Source: Candidatus Eiseniibacteriota bacterium
GTDB taxonomy: Bacteria; Joyebacterota; Joyebacteria; Joyebacterales; Joyebacteraceae
Assembly: GCA_043819135.1 (NCBI GenBank)
Contig: JBDRFG010000093.1
Location: forward strand, 1 to 10,376
Reading direction: 5' to 3'
DNA length: 10,376 bases
A model generated the notes under the pieces. It saw only the letters and a program-made list of their open reading frames with translations. It made no database searches and was not told the DNA's origin. Positions within the stretch are counted from its first letter, which is position 1. Every line of letters starts with the position of its first letter. The translations under genes were made by a program, and so were the position numbers. This document shows, piece after piece, positions 6,681 through 10,376 of the stretch.

Positions 6681-8214
6681 ATACGGATGGACGCTCGTGC
6701 TGCTTTCCGTCGCGCTACTGATTCTTGTGTCGACCTCGGTCGTGGCCGAGATCGATGTGTACGCGAGCGGCGTGGTGCAGGGGAAGTACCTCTACGACAC
6801 CGGCCTCGAGAGAGAGATAGCTGTTGATGAGACCACCACACGCTGGGTCGATTACGATGCTTCGGTAGCCGACGTCAGGGTCGACATCGACGTGGTGGTC
6901 GGTCCGGTGACTCTGGGAGCGGCCTACCGCGCGTATCTGCTCTCCGATGAGGACTATAATCCGGCCAAGGTGGTGGCCCCTCCTACGGAGGTGAAGCACC
7001 GCTACATAGCCTTCGAGCATGAGGACGTGAATCTGAGGGCGGGCCATTTCTTCGCCACGTTCGGCCACGGCCTGACGCTCAGGAGCTACGAGGAGATCGC
7101 CCTCGAGCACGACACTGCCCTCGACGGGGTTCTCGCGGAGTACGCGATGGGCGACGTATCGCTGACAGCTCTCTCAGGGGCGGCGACGGACAACGTCGAG
7201 GGATCTCGTTACTACGAGCATGTCGTCAGCGCCGCGCGCGTGTCAGCGCCTTTCACGGAGTACGCCGAGGTCGCCGGTAGCATCGTCGAGCGGTCCAGGA
7301 CCCAGAAAGACGACGAGATCGCCATCCAGAGCGAGGTGGCGAGGATGACGGACGTCCTCGTCGGCACCGAGCTGTCGGTCTGGGCAGGTCCTCTGTCCTT
7401 CGTAGCGGAGTACGTGAAACGTGACGGGGAGAATCCGATGACGCTCGATGACGAGATTCAGGGCCACGCCCTGTACGCGTCCGGAACGCTGGGCCTGGGC
7501 GGGCTCATGCTCTTCGGCGAGTTCAAGGACTACGAGGATTACCAGCACTATCTCGTCAGTCCGCCCACCGGTGTCCACGACCATCTGTGGACTCAGATGA
7601 ATCGCGTGACGTACCAACCCTACTTTGATGATGAGCGGGGATTCCTGGTGGAGGGCAGTGGGACGCTGGGTGACGCCCTGTTCCTGACGGGCGGCGCGTC
7701 GTCGTCGCGCAATCACGATTCTGACCTGCGCCACTGGGAGATGTTCGGGCAGCTGGACTGGACGATGGGGGAGACAATCAGTGGATCGGCGGCTGGCTCC
7801 TGGTCCAAGGAGTACCTGTTCGACGTGGAGGAGGCGACGGGGGAATTCGACGAGCACATGAGCGGTGCGCTGAGCGCCGAGTTCGGGATTGGCACGGGGA
7901 GCGCTCTGGAGGTCACGCTCGAGGGGCAGGCGACCGAGGATAGGTACGATGCCTCCTATGAGGACTACCTGGTGTCGCTGGCCTTCTACGCGGCGGGGGA
8001 TTGGACACTGATCGCAACCGCCGAGCGGACCACCTCCGAGACTGAGGCAAGAGAGGGCTGGTTCATGGCCGAGGCTCGCAAGCTGGTTACCGATGACCTC
8101 GAGGTCTCGGTGGCGGCGGGAACCGAACGCCGCGGGTTGAAGTGCGCCGGCGGCGTGTGTTTCGAAGAGCCGGAGTTCGAAGGTGTTCGTCTGCGCTTCA
8201 CCAGTTTCTTCTAG
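6673..8214 (+). CDS. DUF6029-like probable outer-membrane beta-barrel protein
   Basis: Signal peptide, many alternating amphipathic beta-strand patterns, AGHFFATFGHGLTLRSYE motif, C-terminal GLKCAGGVCFEEPEFEGVRLRFTSFF ending in Phe (BAM-type signal). Family name is from motif recall, not from a search. Confidence 0.75.
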   Translation: MSRYGWTLVLLSVALLILVSTSVVAEIDVYASGVVQGKYLYDTGLEREIAVDETTTRWVDYDASVADVRVDIDVVVGPVTLGAAYRAYLLSDEDYNPAKVVAPPTEVKHRYIAFEHEDVNLRAGHFFATFGHGLTLRSYEEIALEHDTALDGVLAEYAMGDVSLTALSGAATDNVEGSRYYEHVVSAARVSAPFTEYAEVAGSIVERSRTQKDDEIAIQSEVARMTDVLVGTELSVWAGPLSFVAEYVKRDGENPMTLDDEIQGHALYASGTLGLGGLMLFGEFKDYEDYQHYLVSPPTGVHDHLWTQMNRVTYQPYFDDERGFLVEGSGTLGDALFLTGGASSSRNHDSDLRHWEMFGQLDWTMGETISGSAAGSWSKEYLFDVEEATGEFDEHMSGALSAEFGIGTGSALEVTLEGQATEDRYDASYEDYLVSLAFYAAGDWTLIATAERTTSETEAREGWFMAEARKLVTDDLEVSVAAGTERRGLKCAGGVCFEEPEFEGVRLRFTSFF

Positions 8215-8223
8215 GAGGGAGTC

Positions 8224-9363
8224 GTGCCTACATCCGAACGAATCTCTCCTGCGAGATTCTGGCGTGGGATCGGCGTCACGGCGTTGGTGGCCATGGTGCT
8301 CGTCGGTGGATGCGATTGGTTTGACGCTCCCGTGGAGGCGAACTGGCTGCCCCATACTTCGATGGTGTCGTGCCCCGCGGACGGGGAGACAGCGGTAGGC
8401 GAGGATGTAGTTCTGCGGTGGAGTGGAGTCGACCTGGACGGGAGCGCGGACGTGAGCGTGGAAGGCAGCGTCGCGTACTACGAGTGGACTCTCGACGACA
8501 CCTTGTCCGGTCAGACGACCGAGACATCAATGACGGTAAAGGACGTCACGGGAGGCGTTCACACGTTCACCGTGGCAGCCGTCGACGTCGACGGTGAGGC
8601 CGACGCGACTCCCGCCGGGTGCACGTTCTCGGTCACACAGGGAGGCTTCCTGGTCGCCCGCGTGGTCCTTGCCGAGATGCTGACGACGAAGCTCTGTCCC
8701 AACTGCCCGACGGCGGAACAGGCCCTGGATCAGCTGATCGGGGACTACGGAGCAGACGAGTTCTGCGTCATCACCTACCACTTCATGAACGAGCAGTACT
8801 CGGACCCCGTTGCCACGGATGAATCGGTCGAGAGGATTCAGTGGTACTACAGCAACCACGAGGGCCCGAACCCCGACAGCAATGAGGATGACGTCGGGAA
8901 CTACGAGACGGTCTATCCGCTCGTTATCTTCGACGGCGGGCGGTTCGTGGTCGGAGCGACGACCGTCAATGCTGCCAAGGCGAACTACTGGACGGAGATC
9001 GAGCACCGGCGAGCGGTCATGTCGCCGATCTCCCTGAGCCTCGAGGGTGACATATCGGGCGGAGGAGGGAGCGTCTCCGTTACGGTGAGGGTCCACGACT
9101 CGTTAGGAGCGGGCCCCAACGTCCTGCGGATCGTGGTCATCGAAGACGGCATTGTCATGGGAAGCGACCACTTCGACTTCGTCGCGCGCGACATTCTGGA
9201 TAGAGAGGTACTCGCAGTTTCTGCAGCGGGAGAGTCGGTCGTGGTCGTGCGGGAATTCATCGTCGACCCCGGGTGGAACATAGAGAACATGGATGTGATC
9301 GCGTTCGTTCAGGACGACTCGACATTGGAGATCGTGCAGGCTGGAAGATTGCTGATTGAGTAA
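8224..9363 (+). CDS. Omp28-related lipoprotein with thioredoxin-like CPNC site
   Basis: RBS AGGAGG, lipobox VGGC, N-terminal Ig/FN3-like domain (GVHTFTVAAVD.DGEADATPA), RVVLAEMLTTKLCPNCP, ITYH, YPLVIFDG, and C-terminal Ig-like part (VVIED...FVARD...WNIENMDVIAFVQD...EIVQA). Confidence 0.85.
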   Translation: MPTSERISPARFWRGIGVTALVAMVLVGGCDWFDAPVEANWLPHTSMVSCPADGETAVGEDVVLRWSGVDLDGSADVSVEGSVAYYEWTLDDTLSGQTTETSMTVKDVTGGVHTFTVAAVDVDGEADATPAGCTFSVTQGGFLVARVVLAEMLTTKLCPNCPTAEQALDQLIGDYGADEFCVITYHFMNEQYSDPVATDESVERIQWYYSNHEGPNPDSNEDDVGNYETVYPLVIFDGGRFVVGATTVNAAKANYWTEIEHRRAVMSPISLSLEGDISGGGGSVSVTVRVHDSLGAGPNVLRIVVIEDGIVMGSDHFDFVARDILDREVLAVSAAGESVVVVREFIVDPGWNIENMDVIAFVQDDSTLEIVQAGRLLIE

Positions 9364-9451
9364 CGACATGGGTCGGAACACTGCTTCCACAACGGCAAGG
9401 CGGCAGGATCCTGCGACAAACCGAGCGGTGTGACCGCGGAGGGAGTGCAGC

Positions 9452-10376
9452 ATGCTGAAGCGTTCGGCGATCCTAGGGCTTGCCGTGCTGGTCCTGTGTA
9501 TCAGTGCTCTTCCGGCAGCGTCCGCGCAGCGGACGGTGCTGGCGGAGCTTTTCGGGGCGACGTGGTGAGGCTACTGCCCTAACGCCCGTGAGGCGTTGCA
9601 GCAGCTTCAGGCCGAGTTCGGCGATGACGAGCTCGTCTGTCTGTACTATCACGTGAGCGACACATACGAGACGCCTGAGACGTCGGCCCGCGCCAGCTAC
9701 TTTGCCGTCAGCGGCATTCCAGAGACGGACTTCGACGCTGTCAGTGAGGTAGTCGGAGCAGGTTCGACCGTCATCAATACGTTCAGGCCCATAGTGGTGA
9801 GCCGGTTGGCCGACAGCACGCCCATCACTATGAGCACGACCGGCATCATCCGCCCGTCGGCGGACCCGGATCCGAGCTGGGTGACGACGACCTTCCGGGT
9901 CGTCGACACCGTTCCGCCCGGATACGGAACGCTGAGGGCGCAGTTCGCGGTTTACGAGGACATCGGTGACAGCTACCCGTGGACGGTCCGGGACATGCTG
10001 CCCGTGGAGACCATCACCACGCTGTTGGCTCCTGGCGACTCGCTGGTCGTCACGAAGGAGTTCTATGTCGACGGCGACTGGAACTTGTCAGAGCTCCACG
10101 TGGCGATCTTCCTTGAGGACACCACACCGCCGCTCGTCATAAACTCGCAGCTGATGCCGGACCCGTTCGACAGCAAGTTCGTTCATACTGACCGCACTGC
10201 GACCGAGATCGCCTACCTGGGCGAGGCCGTCTACCACACGGTGCTCGAGAACACCGGTGTGATGACCGACACCCTAACGCTCGACATCGCCCACGAGATA
10301 CTCCCGGACGGTCTCGGTGCCTACGACTGGGTGGGTTTCTACTGCGACGACGAAGGCGCCTGCCACTTCGGCCCGT
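9452..10376 (+). CDS. Omp28-related secreted selenoprotein (U39, UGYC motif), 3'-truncated; not in the ORF track
   Basis: RBS GGAGGGAG (9438-9445), ATG 9452, signal peptide MLKRSAILGLAVLVLCISALPAASA, then QRTVLAELFGATW-[TGA 9566]-GYCPNAREALQQL... The frame stays open for 269 codons to the window end and is paralogous to 8224..9363. Confidence 0.92.
9570..9605 (+). promoter_or_regulatory. bacterial SECIS element for TGA 9566
   Basis: Upper stem AACGCC (9581-9586)/GGCGUU (9592-9597) with loop CGUGA 18 nt after the UGA. Lower stems CUGC/GCAG (9574-9577/9598-9601) and GCU/AGC (9570-9572/9603-9605), with a CCU bulge. Confidence 0.75.

Noticed and set aside
7243..8355. 370-aa minus-strand ORF and other minus-strand ORFs over the plus-strand operons (e.g. 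1657..2346, 4671..5435, 8527..9096, 9697..9909)
   Set aside because: They overlap well-supported plus-strand genes and lack motifs.
9452..9568. Reading the last gene as a pseudogene or a 38-aa peptide
   Set aside because: The single stop is TGA at the catalytic Cys position, followed by a SECIS-like hairpin and an intact 269-codon frame. Recoding is more parsimonious.
121..10376. Genome-wide UGA reassignment (genetic code 4 or 25)
   Set aside because: TGA serves as a normal stop for arsR (ATGA overlap), the YkuD gene and the membrane protein. Trp is encoded by TGG, and in-frame TGA occurs only at putative redox-motif positions.
1..10376. Mobile element, CRISPR array or tRNA-linked integration
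   Set aside because: No integrase or transposase, no repeat-spacer array and no duplicated tRNA 3' end within the window.

Overview
GC-rich bacterial chromosomal window, probably from a diderm organism (lipoproteins, a probable outer-membrane beta-barrel and Omp28-like proteins suggest an FCB-type lineage; this is inference). On the minus strand, gltX is followed by tRNA-Gln(CTG) and the 5' part of a probable tRNA-Glu. The plus strand carries a membrane protein, a DUF2914-like lipoprotein, a redox cluster (ArsR regulator, thioredoxin, TlpA-like lipoprotein, small membrane protein, L,D-transpeptidase), a deoxynucleoside kinase, and a second redox cluster (TlpA-like protein, DUF6029-like barrel, Omp28-like lipoprotein, second Omp28-like protein running off the end). 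The main result is two genes absent from the ORF track, each with an in-frame TGA followed by a SECIS-like hairpin, so both look like selenoproteins. One is a secreted Omp28/thioredoxin-fold protein with a W-U-G-Y-C site at 9452..>10376, whose TGA aligns with a Cys in the neighbouring paralog. The other is a 55-aa single-TM protein with a U-x4-C motif at 4528..4695. Together the clusters suggest a possible selenium-dependent thiol relay across the cell envelope (hypothesis).
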